Origin: Elusimicrobiales bacterium
Lineage (GTDB): Bacteria > Elusimicrobiota > Elusimicrobia > Elusimicrobiales > UBA9959
Assembly: GCA_050174915.1 (NCBI GenBank)
Contig: JBFXJL010000008.1
Location: 11,990-75,989, forward strand
Reading direction: 5' to 3'
Length of the DNA stretch: 64,000 nt
Below, piece by piece: positions 1-9,551 of the stretch. Below the pieces are notes generated by a model, which saw nothing but the letters and a program-made list of their open reading frames with translations, was not told the origin of the DNA and ran no database searches. Positions within the stretch are counted from its first letter, which is position 1. The number at the start of each line of letters is the position of its first letter. The position numbers and the translations under genes are program-made.

Positions 1-506
1 AGCTCTATGCCGGCCACGGCGCTGTAGACCTTGGCCGCCGGGGCCTGCGGCGCGCTCTCGAACTCGGCCTGGATGAAAGCGCGGTTGACGAAATCCCGCA
101 GGCGCTCGGCGTCTTTCACGGTAATGTCGCATTCCTCGGCGCGCTGGATGTCGCTCATGGCGGCGTCGCGCAGGAAGCAGGCTTCGAATTTTTCCTGGCC
201 TACGCCCTGGATCAGGGCCACCAGGTCGCCCTTGCCGTCGGCCAGTTCGGGCAGGTCGCCGGCGGCCAGGTTGAGGCCGTAGCCGGCGTATTTGCGGGCC
301 GCGTAGCGCGCCGCGGGAAATTCGCTGAGCGTGAGGGCGCCGGACTGCCGCAGCAGCTGGAACACCCTGCCGCCCTCCAGGTCCTTGAGCAGCCGCTCGA
401 ACTCGGCCTCGCTCATGGAGGCCATCTGCGCCATTTTCAGCGCGCCTATGAGCGACGCTGAGGTCCTGGCCCCGGCCGCGGCGGTAAGTTTAAATCCGTG
501 TTTCAT
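1..506 (-). CDS. hypothetical protein; only the N-terminal part is present because the gene runs off the window start
   Basis: Minus-strand ATG at 506-504, preceded by an AAGGGGA Shine-Dalgarno. Translation begins MKHGFKLTAAAGARTSASLIGALKMAQMASMSEAEFERLLKDLE... and stays open to base 1. It is absent from the supplied track because there is no stop inside the window. GC3-rich codon usage. The N-terminus loosely resembles sigma-54 region I. Confidence 0.55.
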   Translation of the reverse strand, partial: MKHGFKLTAAAGARTSASLIGALKMAQMASMSEAEFERLLKDLEGGRVFQLLRQSGALTLSEFPAARYAARKYAGYGLNLAAGDLPELADGKGDLVALIQGVGQEKFEACFLRDAAMSDIQRAEECDITVKDAERLRDFVNRAFIQAEFESAPQAPAAKVYSAVAGIE

Positions 507-665
507 AATATCCCCTTGCGCTGATTATACCTGTTCCGTCATTCAAGAGCAATTTTAATGCCAACTTATTGCCGGCAGGGCCGCCAATGGGCGCGCCGTT
601 TTCTGTATAATAATAGTGGGTTAGGTATTTTCATTTGAAAACATTTCTTCTCAAAAGAGAACCCT

Positions 666-2018
666 ATGAATAAACTGCACATCCTCGTGCTCGAGGACGA
701 TAAATTGGCGCAGAAGGTGATGGCCGCGCAGCTGGCCGCCCACAACGTTGAAGTGGCAGGCGACCTGCCGACGGCCCTGAAGAAGATAGCCGGCGGCGCC
801 TACGACCTGGGGTTCTTCGACCTCATGCTCGGGCCGGACGACGACTACTCCGGCCTCAAGGCCATAGCCGCGGCCGCCGCCAGGGGGCTCTACTGCGTGG
901 TGGTCTCCAGCTCCGATTCGGACGAGATCATAGACCGCGCCTACGAGTTGGGCGCGCGCGACTTCTACGCCAAGGGCAACGAAGAGAGCAACGTGGCCGA
1001 CATCCTGCGCAAGTTCATCCAGAACCGCAAGGCCGCCGGCGCCGCCGACATCTTCACTTCCGCCTTCATCACCTGCGACCCGGAGACCCGCGCCGCCGCC
1101 GGCGAGGCGCTCAAGTACGCGCCCACCGAGCTGCCCATCATGATCCTGGGGCCGTCCGGCACCGGCAAGACCTCGCTCGCCAAGATCCTGCACGAGCATT
1201 CCGGCCGCGACGGGGCCTTCGTCTCCATCAACTGCTCAGCCTATACCGAGGACCTGCTGGAGGCCGAGCTGTTCGGCCACAAGAAGGGCGCCTTCACCGG
1301 CGCGGCCGAAGCCCGCAAAGGCCGCCTGCTGGAAGCCCACCGCGGCACCCTGTTCCTCGATGAGATCGGCACGATGAGCCTGACCATGCAGATGAAACTG
1401 CTCAAGGCCATAGAGGAGCGCTCTTTCTACCCGCTCGGCTCGGAGAAGCCGGAGAAGTCGGATTTCCGCATCATCAGCGCCACGCTGGAAGACCCGCAGG
1501 ACCTGATAGCCCGGGGCAAGATGCGCTTCGACCTGTTCCAGCGCGTGCACGGCTTCACGATCAACCTGAAGCCGCTCAGCCGCCGGGCCTGCGACGTGGC
1601 GCCGCTGCTGCAGCATTTCACCAAGGGCGGGCGGCGGCTCTCGTTCACGCAGGAGGCCAAGGCCTACCTGGAAACTTACGCCTGGCCCGGCAATGTGCGC
1701 GAGCTCAAGAAATTCACCGACCTGCTCTCCAGCGGCTCTGAAGGGCGCGTAGACCTGGAGACGGTACAGCGCCACCTCAAGGACCGCCCCGCCGAGACGG
1801 CGGCCGCCTACCCGGGCGACGACGGCCTGTACGCCTACGCCATAGCCCACGGCCTGGAAGCCGCGCTCGACAAGGTCTCCGGCGACCTCATAACCCGCAG
1901 CCTGCGCGAGAACGGCGGCCGGCGCACGCGCACGCTGGCGGACCTGAAGATTTCCACCAGGCTGCTCTACGCCACGCTCAAGCGGCTGGGCCTGGACGGT
2001 GACGGAGAAAAGAAATAA
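666..2018 (+). CDS. sigma-54-dependent response regulator (NtrC family: REC + AAA+ + Fis-type HTH)
   Basis: REC domain with LEDD and an FFDLML phospho-Asp context. Walker [15 protein letters not shown] loop ([10 protein letters not shown]), Walker B LFLDEIG, and a C-terminal HTH ([24 protein letters not shown]). Confidence 0.9.
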   Translation: MNKLHILVLEDDKLAQKVMAAQLAAHNVEVAGDLPTALKKIAGGAYDLGFFDLMLGPDDDYSGLKAIAAAAARGLYCVVVSSSDSDEIIDRAYELGARDFYAKGNEESNVADILRKFIQNRKAAGAADIFTSAFITCDPETRAAAGEALKYAPTELPIMILGPSGTGKTSLAKILHEHSGRDGAFVSINCSAYTEDLLEAELFGHKKGAFTGAAEARKGRLLEAHRGTLFLDEIGTMSLTMQMKLLKAIEERSFYPLGSEKPEKSDFRIISATLEDPQDLIARGKMRFDLFQRVHGFTINLKPLSRRACDVAPLLQHFTKGGRRLSFTQEAKAYLETYAWPGNVRELKKFTDLLSSGSEGRVDLETVQRHLKDRPAETAAAYPGDDGLYAYAIAHGLEAALDKVSGDLITRSLRENGGRRTRTLADLKISTRLLYATLKRLGLDGDGEKK

Positions 2019-2197
2019 TGAACGGCAAAGATAATTCAAAACTGCTGCACGACCTGCGCTCCAAATGCGCCAGCCTGAAGAGCGCCGCCGAGCTCTACAA
2101 GGACTGCTCCCCGGCCGAGAAGAAAGAGATGCTGGCCCTGATGAACGCCGCGGCGGCCGACATTACCCGCCTGCTCTCCCAGCTCGCCCAGCCCTGA
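2018..2197 (+). CDS. 59-aa stand-alone HisKA/DHp-like mini-protein (H-box LHDLRS)
   Basis: ATG overlaps the regulator stop (TAATG). Translation: [61 protein letters not shown]3-rich codons. Below the 60-aa cutoff of the supplied track. It has a helix-loop-helix pattern like a histidine-kinase dimerisation domain. Confidence 0.5.
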   Translation: MNGKDNSKLLHDLRSKCASLKSAAELYKDCSPAEKKEMLALMNAAAADITRLLSQLAQP

Positions 2198-2254
2198 CGC
2201 CGTCGGGCAAGAGCGCCTCTTTAGTATAATATCGGCGGGAAAGTTCCCTCATCC

Positions 2255-3676
2255 ATGCCTACACCTCCCCAATATCCGCCCGTCGCCGCACGCCGCCTCT
2301 CTAACGGGCTGCAGGTGCTGGTGCTGGAGAAAAAATTCGTTCCCACGGTCTCCTTCGCGCTGGTCTTCAAGGCCGGCAACGTGGACAACACTCCGGGCAA
2401 GACCGGCCTGGCCCATCTTTTCGAACACATGGCCTTCAAAGGCACCACCAGCCTCAACTCGGCCGGCTACGAGGCGGAGAAGCCGGCGCTGGACCGGGTG
2501 GAGGCGGCCGGGCGGGAGCTGATAGCCGAAGAAAGTTCACCCAGACCGGATCCCGCCAAAGTGGAGCGGCTGCGCGCCGCGCTCGACGAGGCGGAGACCG
2601 CGGCCGACGCCTTCATCGTCGAGGACGAATACTGGAAGCTTTACAGCACCCTGGGCGAATCCGGCCTGAACGCCATGACCTCGGCCGACTATACCGCCTA
2701 CGTGGTGTCGCTGCCCGCCCCGCGGCTGGAAGCCTGGATGGTCATCGAGGCCGACCGCTTCAAGAACCCGGTGCTGCGCGAGTTCTACCGCGAGCGCAGC
2801 GTGGTGATGGAAGAGCGCCGCATGGGCGAGTCCGAACCGGGCCGCGTGCTGTGGGAGGCGCTGCTGGCCAAGGCCTTCACCGAGCACCCGTACCGCAACC
2901 CCACCATAGGCTGGATGGAGGACATCCGCCGCCTGTCGCGCACCGACGCCGAGGAATTTTACCGCGCCTACTACGTGCCCAACAACGCCACGCTGGCCGT
3001 GGTGGGCGACGTGGAGACGGAGCGCGTGTTCGCCCTGGCCGAAAAACATTTTAGCGGCTGGCAGGCGCGCCCGCTGCCGTCGCGCGAGCGCCCCGTGGAA
3101 CCGCCGCAGAGCGGCGAGCGCCGGGCCGAAGTAGTCTTCAAGGCCCAGCCCTCGCTGCGCCTGGGCTTTCACAACCCCGGGCCGGACCACCCCGATTTTT
3201 ACGCGCTGATGATGGCCTGCGAAGTGCTGTCGAGCGGCAAGACCGGCCGCTTCTACGCCGGTCTGGTGGAGGGCCGGCAGGTGGCGCTGCACGCCTCGGC
3301 CTACACCTCTTTCCCCGGCAGCCGCTACCCGTCGCTGTCTGTCATCTCGGCCGCGCCCAAGGCCCCCCACACTACGGAGGAACTGGACGCCGCGCTGATG
3401 GAGGAGATAGACCGGCTCAAGGCCGAACTCCCCGCGGCCTGGGAGATGGAGAAGATCCTGAACAATTACGACGCCGAGATGGTAAAGCAGCTGGAGTCCA
3501 ACTCCGGCATGGCGATGAGCCTGGCGCAGAACGAGCAGCTGCTCGGCGACTGGCGCTACGACTGGCAGACCGGCGAGCGCCTGCGCGCCGTCACGCCGGC
3601 CCAGGTCTCGGCGGCCGCGGCCAAATATTTCTCGCGGGACAACCGCACCGCCGTCTTCCTGAAGGAGCCCGCATGA
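2255..3676 (+). CDS. M16 family zinc peptidase (pitrilysin-like), active subunit
   Basis: Inverted zinc motif HxxEH in HLFEHMAFKGT, with typical M16 N- and C-domain length (473 aa). Confidence 0.85.
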   Translation: MPTPPQYPPVAARRLSNGLQVLVLEKKFVPTVSFALVFKAGNVDNTPGKTGLAHLFEHMAFKGTTSLNSAGYEAEKPALDRVEAAGRELIAEESSPRPDPAKVERLRAALDEAETAADAFIVEDEYWKLYSTLGESGLNAMTSADYTAYVVSLPAPRLEAWMVIEADRFKNPVLREFYRERSVVMEERRMGESEPGRVLWEALLAKAFTEHPYRNPTIGWMEDIRRLSRTDAEEFYRAYYVPNNATLAVVGDVETERVFALAEKHFSGWQARPLPSRERPVEPPQSGERRAEVVFKAQPSLRLGFHNPGPDHPDFYALMMACEVLSSGKTGRFYAGLVEGRQVALHASAYTSFPGSRYPSLSVISAAPKAPHTTEELDAALMEEIDRLKAELPAAWEMEKILNNYDAEMVKQLESNSGMAMSLAQNEQLLGDWRYDWQTGERLRAVTPAQVSAAAAKYFSRDNRTAVFLKEPA

Positions 3677-5016
3677 GCCTGCCCCCCGGCCTGCCCGCCA
3701 TAAGCGCCGTCTCCTTCGCCCCGCCGCGCGGCACCCGCGCGGTGCTCTCGAATGGCCTGGTAGTGCATTTGATGAAGGACGCCACGCTGCCGGTGGTGCA
3801 CCTCACAGCTTTCATCCGCGCCGGCAAGATGCACGACCCCGCCGGCCTGACCGGCCTGGGCGAGCTGACCGCCCGCCTGCTGCGCGACGGCGGCACCGTG
3901 AATTACACGCCGGAAGATATGGACCGGCGGCTGGAGCTGCTGGCCGCCTCGGTGGACAGCAATATGGGCGTGGAGGAAGGCCGCGCCGACCTGACCGCGC
4001 TCACTAAAGACCTGGACGCCGCCCTGGATATTTACGCCGACATGCTGATGCGCCCGGTCTTCGACCCGGAGAAAGTTAAATTCAAGATAACGGAATCGCT
4101 GGAAGTGCTCCGGCGCCGCAACGATGACCCGGGCCGCGCCTCCGTGCGCGAGGCGCTGCGCGCCTTCTACGGCGCCGGACATCCCTACGGCTGGCGCTCC
4201 GAGCCGGCCACGGTGCGCGCCGTCACGCGGGCTGACCTGCAGGCCTGCCACGCCAGTTATTACCGGCCCGGGAATATCATCCTGGCCGCGGCCGGGGATT
4301 TCGGCACCGAAGAAGAACTGCTCTCGCGCCTGGAGAGCAAGTTCGGAGGCTGGAAGGGCGGGCCGGCGGAGTTCCAACCCATCCCCCCCGTGTCCATTCC
4401 AGCCGGGCGGCGGGTGGTGCACATACAGAAGGACGCGCAGCAGGCCTCCCTAGTGCTGGTGCTCAAGGGCCTGCGCCGGCACGACCCGCTGGAGTACCCG
4501 CTGACCGTGGCCAACGAGATCCTGGGCGGCGGCCTCTCCTCGCGGCTGGCCTCCGAGATACGCTCCCGCCGCGGCCTGGCCTACACGGTATACAGCTATT
4601 CGGCCAAGAAGCCGGACTATGGCTACACGCTGGGCTTCTGCGGCACGGCCCCGGCTACCGCCGGCCGGGCCGCCGAGGAACTGCTGCGGCAGTTCGCCCT
4701 GATGGCGCAGGCCGAGCCGGGCGCCGAAGAGACCGCGCTGGCCCGCGACGCCATAGTGAACTCTTTCGTGTTCCGCTTTCCCACCGCCTTCGACCTGATA
4801 GCTGAGCGCGCCGCCTACGAGTATTACGGCTACCCCGCCGACTACCTGGACGGCTACGCCGCCAAGATCTCGGCCGTGGGCCCGGCGGAGGTGCTGGCCG
4901 CCTCGCGGCGGCTGCTCGACCCCGCCGACGCGCTGCTGCTGGTGATCGGCGACGCCGCCAAGTTCGACCGACCGCTGTCCGACTTCGGCCCGGTGACGGA
5001 GCAGGCGGAAGACTAG
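3673..5016 (+). CDS. M16 family peptidase, non-catalytic partner subunit
   Basis: ATGA overlap with the upstream M16 gene. M16-like sequence, but HxxEH is replaced (GLGELTARLL). Confidence 0.75.
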   Translation: MSLPPGLPAISAVSFAPPRGTRAVLSNGLVVHLMKDATLPVVHLTAFIRAGKMHDPAGLTGLGELTARLLRDGGTVNYTPEDMDRRLELLAASVDSNMGVEEGRADLTALTKDLDAALDIYADMLMRPVFDPEKVKFKITESLEVLRRRNDDPGRASVREALRAFYGAGHPYGWRSEPATVRAVTRADLQACHASYYRPGNIILAAAGDFGTEEELLSRLESKFGGWKGGPAEFQPIPPVSIPAGRRVVHIQKDAQQASLVLVLKGLRRHDPLEYPLTVANEILGGGLSSRLASEIRSRRGLAYTVYSYSAKKPDYGYTLGFCGTAPATAGRAAEELLRQFALMAQAEPGAEETALARDAIVNSFVFRFPTAFDLIAERAAYEYYGYPADYLDGYAAKISAVGPAEVLAASRRLLDPADALLLVIGDAAKFDRPLSDFGPVTEQAED

Positions 5017-5028
5017 GTTAAACTAGCC

Positions 5029-5066
5029 AAAAAGAAAAGCCCCCTGACGGGGGCTTTTTCTTTTTA
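5029..5066. terminator. bidirectional intrinsic terminator
   Basis: GCCCCC-TGAC-GGGGGC hairpin flanked by an A-run and a T-run, between convergent genes. Confidence 0.7.
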
Positions 5067-5078
5067 CTCGGGGAAAGT

Positions 5079-5474
5079 TCAGGCGGGCATTTCCTTCTGT
5101 AGCGACGCCTTTATGGCTGCGGGGATCTCTATCAGCTTCAAATCTTTGCCCACGCAAACTAGGTCGGTCTCGGCCTTGATTATCAACCTGCCGTCCTGGT
5201 TATGCGCGACATAGGCGAACACGATGCGGTAAGGGGAGAACTCTTTGACCGTCACCGCTATGTCCAGCGTGTCGGCGTAGAGGGCCGGGAATTTATACTC
5301 CACGTGCACGCTGCGCACCGCGAAACCCACGCCCTGCTCGAGCAGGCCCTTCACGGTAAAGCCCCGCTCCTCCAGGTATTCCGAGCGCGCCTCCTCCAGA
5401 TATTTCAGGTAATTGGCGTGGTAAACCGCCCCGCTGGTGTCAGTGTCGTAATAGTAGATCTTGCGTTTCATCAT
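5079..5474 (-). CDS. acyl-CoA thioesterase, YbgC/4HBT hotdog family
   Basis: [28 protein letters not shown] matches the YbgC-type N-terminal catalytic Asp region. 131 aa. Confidence 0.8.
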   Translation of the reverse strand: MMKRKIYYYDTDTSGAVYHANYLKYLEEARSEYLEERGFTVKGLLEQGVGFAVRSVHVEYKFPALYADTLDIAVTVKEFSPYRIVFAYVAHNQDGRLIIKAETDLVCVGKDLKLIEIPAAIKASLQKEMPA

Positions 5475-5887
5475 TCACCTATGATCTTTACCAGCACGCG
5501 TTTGGCGCGCATGCCGTCGAATTCGCCGTAAAAAATGCGTTCCCAGGGCCCGAAATCCAGCCTGCCGCCGGTCACCGCCACCACCACCTCGCGGCCCATC
5601 ACCGTGCGCTTGAGGTGCGCGTCGCCGTTATCCTCGCCGGTGCGGTTGTGCCGGTAAGTGTCCGCGCTGTAGGGGGCCAGGCGCTCCACCCATTCCAGAA
5701 AATCCTGGTGCAGGCCGGCCTCATTGTCGTTTATGAAGACGCTGGAGGTGATATGCATGGCGTTGACCAGGCAGAGCCCTTCCTTGATGCCGCTCCGGGC
5801 CAGCTCGGCTTCCACCTTGGGGGTGATATGCACGATCTCGCAGCGCTTGGAGGTATTAAAGGTCAGATAGGCGGTATGGGATTTCAT
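5471..5887 (-). CDS. YjbQ/UPF0047 family protein (secondary thiamine-phosphate synthase-like)
   Basis: [12 protein letters not shown]...[19 protein letters not shown] pattern. 4-nt overlap with the downstream thioesterase gene. Confidence 0.75.
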   Translation of the reverse strand: MKSHTAYLTFNTSKRCEIVHITPKVEAELARSGIKEGLCLVNAMHITSSVFINDNEAGLHQDFLEWVERLAPYSADTYRHNRTGEDNGDAHLKRTVMGREVVVAVTGGRLDFGPWERIFYGEFDGMRAKRVLVKIIGE

Positions 5888-5914
5888 GTTTTTCCTCGAT
5901 ATATTCTACCAACT

Positions 5915-5942
5915 TTGCGCCAGGGCCGCGATTTGGTATAAT
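5915..5942 (+). promoter_or_regulatory. sigma-70-type promoter of rpmB (TTGCGC-16 nt-TGgTATAAT); predicts a leaderless or near-leaderless mRNA
   Basis: Extended -10 TGGTATAAT ends 6 nt before the rpmB ATG at 5949. No Shine-Dalgarno lies between them. Confidence 0.5.
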
Positions 5943-5948
5943 AAGTGC

Positions 5949-6143
5949 ATGGCTTATAAATGTGAACTTTGCGGCAAGAAGTCCGTTGCTGGTAACTCCT
6001 ACAGCCATTCGCACAAGGCTACCAAACGGCTTTTCAAGCCCAACCTTCAGAAACAGAAAGTCTCCCTCGACGGCAAGACGCAGTCCGTTTACGTCTGCAC
6101 CGTCTGCATAAAGAGCGGCAAAGCGGTTCGCCCCGTTAAATAA
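5949..6143 (+). CDS. rpmB: 50S ribosomal protein L28
   Basis: MAYKCELCGKKSVAGNSYSHSHKATKRLFKPNLQK... is a typical L28 sequence. The internal ATG of track ORF 5886..6143 was chosen as the start. Confidence 0.9.
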   Translation: MAYKCELCGKKSVAGNSYSHSHKATKRLFKPNLQKQKVSLDGKTQSVYVCTVCIKSGKAVRPVK

Positions 6144-6168
6144 GCTCAGGGAAGCTTGGTTTCTGTAA

Positions 6169-6190
6169 GGCCGCCCCCCGCGGGGCGGCC
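6169..6190 (+). terminator. GC hairpin after rpmB (GGCCGCCCC-ccgc-GGGGCGGCC)
   Basis: Perfect 9-bp stem with a weak U-tract (ATACTTATTT). Confidence 0.45.
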
Positions 6191-6356
6191 ATACTTATTT
6201 CCCCCTTTCGCCCCCCGCCCCAACCCGTCAACAAGAATTTAATATATTGTAAACAAGCCTTTTGTATAATTTTCTTATAAATACTAATAGGAATCTATAT
6301 TGATTCCCTTTATCTCTTTTGCAGCGGTTGCCAGCGGCCAATGGCCGGAGGAATAA

Positions 6357-9300
6357 ATGGAGCAGGAACCTAAATTAGACCCGTCCACGATAACGGACGT
6401 AGAGACGGCCAAACTGGCCCTTCGCTGGGCCGTGGAAAAGATCCACGGCCAGCAGGAGGAGCTCGGCCGGCTGCGCGACGACAACCGCAACAAGACCTCC
6501 ATTAACCGCTCCTTGACCGAGCAGGTAGAACAGAAGACCGAGGTGCTCAAGCGCTGGCAGGGCACGATCAAGACCTGGGAAGAGAATTGGAAGACGCAGA
6601 CGGCCATGGAGGCCGACCTGAAGGCCAAGCTGCGCGAGCAGATCCTCAACGAGGAGGCCTCCAACTGGCGCGCCTCCCGCGCCCAGCTGGAGAAAGAGAT
6701 CCTGGCGCTCAAGAACGAGCTGGCCGCCAAGGAAGGCGAGATCGGCCGCATGAAGTTGCAGGCCATAGACGAGATCCGCAACTCCTCCGAGCTCAAGGAA
6801 GCCGAGCTCAACGCCCTGCTCTCCAAGCACCAGGACAATCTGGCCGCGCGCGAGAACGCGCTGCGCGAGAAGTACGAGAGCCTCGAGCGCGAGCTCACCG
6901 CCTCGCAGCGGGTGCGCGCCGAGCAGGAAGAGATGGCCCTGCGCGAGCGCTACGAGAGCCGCGCCAAGGAACTCTCCGCCCTTTTCGAACAGAAGGAAGC
7001 CCAGCTGGAGAAGTTCCGCCGCGAGCTGGAAGACGCGCACCTGCAGAAGATCGAGACCGGCACGGGCGCGGCCCGCAAGGAGCTCGAGGAGCGCAGGCTG
7101 CGCCTCGAAGAAGATTTCAGGGCCGCCGAAGCCGCGGCCAGGGCCGAGGCCGAAAAGCGCGTGGACGAAGTGCGCGCCGCCGCCGCCGCCCGCGAGGCCG
7201 AACGGCACGCCGCTTTCGCCGCGCGCCAGGCCGCGCTGGAACAGGATTTCGCCGAGCGCGCCGAGCGCGCCGGGCAGGAGAAGAAAGCCGAGCTGGACGC
7301 CGTGAAAGCCGCCTCCGCCTCCGAGCTGGAGACGCTGCGCGCCCGCATGAAGGACGCCATAGAGAAGCGCGAGCAGGACTACGTGAACCTGCGCCTGGAG
7401 ATGGAAGGCCAGCTGGTGGAGCTGGTCAAGAAGCGCGAGGAGGAGATCCGCGCGCGCTACGAGCGGTCCGCCGAAGAGACCCGCGCCAAGTGGGAGAAGG
7501 CCGCCGAGGATACCCGCGCCCAGGTGGGCGAGAACGTGCGCCGGGAGACCGAGCGCCTGGAAGCCGATTTCAGAAAGCGCGAAGAGGAGCATCGGGCCCG
7601 CGCGGCGCAGGAAGCCGCGGACTACCGCGCCCGCCTCGACGCCGAAACCCGCGCCGCCGGCGAACAGCTGCGCGCCGCGATGCTGGAGGAGCAGAACGCC
7701 TGGCTGGCCCGCCAGCAGGCGGCCGCCGATGAGACCCGCAAGGCCCTTGAGGCCGCCCACGCCGAGCGCCTGGACAGCCTGCGCGCCGGCCTGGAAGAGG
7801 CTTACACCCAGAAGGAGAAGGCGCTGGAGACCCGCGTGGCCTCCGTGCAGCGCCGCATAAAGGCCGAGTGGCTGGCCCGCGAGGACGAGTGGCGCCTGGA
7901 GAAGGAAGCCTCCCTCCACGAGGAGAAGGAAAAGCTCAAGGCCGAGTTCGACAGCCACCGCGCGCTGCTGCACCGCAAGCTGTCCCAGTTCGAGGACGAG
8001 CTGAAGCTCAAGTACGCCCAGAAGGAGTCCGAGCTGGCGGACGCCGCCAAGGCCGCGGCCGACGCGACGGCGGCCGAGCTGAAAAAAGAATTCAACACCG
8101 AGAAGGAGCGCCTGCGCGCCCAAGCCGAAAGCTTCAACCGCCATATTGAGGCAAGGGAAAAAGCCCTGCGCGCCGAGCTGGAAGCCGAAGAGAAGAAGCT
8201 GAGGACCGTCTACGCTGGCCGCGAGGCCGAGCTGAAGGCCGAACTGGCCCGCCGCACCCAGGAAACCGAGACCCTGTTCAAGAGCAGGCTGGAAGAAGAG
8301 AAGGCGCGCATGGCCGGCGAGTTCTCGGAACGCGCCGCCGAAGCCGAGCGCGAGCGCCTGAAACTGGCGGAAGAGAAAACCGCGCTGGAAGCCGCCCACG
8401 CCGCACGGGTGCGGGAACTGGAAGCCGCGACCGAGGAGCGCGTGCGCGCCGAGCGCGCCAAGGCCGAGGAAGCCGTGAGCGCCCGGGCCGCGCAGCTGCA
8501 GATCCGCGAGCAGGAGTTGGACCGGCTAAAGACCGGGCTGGAGCAGCAGCACAACGACCTCAAAATAAGACTTTACCAGGACCTGCAGGCCAAGGAGCAG
8601 GACCTGTTCGGCAAGCTCGCCGGGGCCAAGGAGGAGATGTTCAAAGCCCTCAACGCCCACCGCGAAGTGCTCGACCGCGAGCACGAAGAGCGCATGACCG
8701 GCCTTATGCAGAAGGAAGAACAGATGCAGGGCCGCTTCGACGAGAAGCTCCGGACGGCCGAAGCCGGCTACCGGCAGCGCCTGCAGGACGAGACCGACAA
8801 GCTGGCACTGGCCTTCGAGGGTAAAAAAGCCGAATTCGAGAGCAAGTTCAGGACCCGCGAGCAGGAGCTCGCCTCCGCCTACGCGGAGAAAGAAGCGCGC
8901 CTGGAGACCGAGATCGGCGCGCGGCACAATAGCGCGGCCGCCGCGCAGGACAAGGCGGCCGAAAGACGCCGCCACGAGATAGAGGCCTCCCTCGCCCGGC
9001 AGGAGAAAGAGCTGGACCGGCGCTACGCCGAAATGGCCGACAAGCTGCGCTCCCAGTTCCAGAGCGAGAAGGCCGTTTGGGAATCGCAGAAGCTTTCGAC
9101 CCTCAACTCCGAGCGCCAGGCCATGCGCGCCGAGTTCGAGAAGAAGGAGGCCGCCTTCGCGCAGAAGCTCGACGAAGAACTGGCCCGCGGCCGCCAGGAG
9201 CGCACCCGCCTGGAAGAGGAAGTGGCGCTCAAGAAGGAAGAGCTGGAGCGCAAGTACTACGCGGAGCTGGAACGCAGCCGCACCGCTTTCGAGAAGACCC

Positions 9301-9521
9301 GCCGCGAGCAGGAAAGCCGCATCAAGGCGATGACCGAAGAACTGGAGGAAGAGGAGAACCGCCTGACCGTCTGGACGCTGCAGCAAGAGGAAGAATACGC
9401 CAGGAAATACCAGGCGCGCGAGAAGGACATGATGCGCCTGTGGGAAGAGAAGCTGGCCGCGCTGGAGAAAGATCACGAAGAGAAGATCCGGGAGCTGCAG
9501 GAGAAACTCAGGCTGAAGTAG
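6357..9521 (+). CDS. giant coiled-coil protein (1054 aa, E/K/R/A/L-rich), paralog 1
   Basis: GGAGGAATAA Shine-Dalgarno before the ATG. Nearly uninterrupted charged helical sequence with a recurring [KR]E..L...[YFW] unit. No enzymatic motif, TM segment or signal peptide. Confidence 0.8.
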   Translation: MEQEPKLDPSTITDVETAKLALRWAVEKIHGQQEELGRLRDDNRNKTSINRSLTEQVEQKTEVLKRWQGTIKTWEENWKTQTAMEADLKAKLREQILNEEASNWRASRAQLEKEILALKNELAAKEGEIGRMKLQAIDEIRNSSELKEAELNALLSKHQDNLAARENALREKYESLERELTASQRVRAEQEEMALRERYESRAKELSALFEQKEAQLEKFRRELEDAHLQKIETGTGAARKELEERRLRLEEDFRAAEAAARAEAEKRVDEVRAAAAAREAERHAAFAARQAALEQDFAERAERAGQEKKAELDAVKAASASELETLRARMKDAIEKREQDYVNLRLEMEGQLVELVKKREEEIRARYERSAEETRAKWEKAAEDTRAQVGENVRRETERLEADFRKREEEHRARAAQEAADYRARLDAETRAAGEQLRAAMLEEQNAWLARQQAAADETRKALEAAHAERLDSLRAGLEEAYTQKEKALETRVASVQRRIKAEWLAREDEWRLEKEASLHEEKEKLKAEFDSHRALLHRKLSQFEDELKLKYAQKESELADAAKAAADATAAELKKEFNTEKERLRAQAESFNRHIEAREKALRAELEAEEKKLRTVYAGREAELKAELARRTQETETLFKSRLEEEKARMAGEFSERAAEAERERLKLAEEKTALEAAHAARVRELEAATEERVRAERAKAEEAVSARAAQLQIREQELDRLKTGLEQQHNDLKIRLYQDLQAKEQDLFGKLAGAKEEMFKALNAHREVLDREHEERMTGLMQKEEQMQGRFDEKLRTAEAGYRQRLQDETDKLALAFEGKKAEFESKFRTREQELASAYAEKEARLETEIGARHNSAAAAQDKAAERRRHEIEASLARQEKELDRRYAEMADKLRSQFQSEKAVWESQKLSTLNSERQAMRAEFEKKEAAFAQKLDEELARGRQERTRLEEEVALKKEELERKYYAELERSRTAFEKTRREQESRIKAMTEELEEEENRLTVWTLQQEEEYARKYQAREKDMMRLWEEKLAALEKDHEEKIRELQEKLRLK

Positions 9522-9541
9522 CCCCCCCCGCGGGGCGGGCC
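9521..9541 (+). other. intercistronic GC hairpin between the two coiled-coil genes
   Basis: GCCCCCCCCGCGGGGCGGGCC is similar to the hairpin at 6169-6190. No U-tract, so probably not a full terminator. Confidence 0.35.
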
Positions 9542-9551
9542 GCAACCATTT

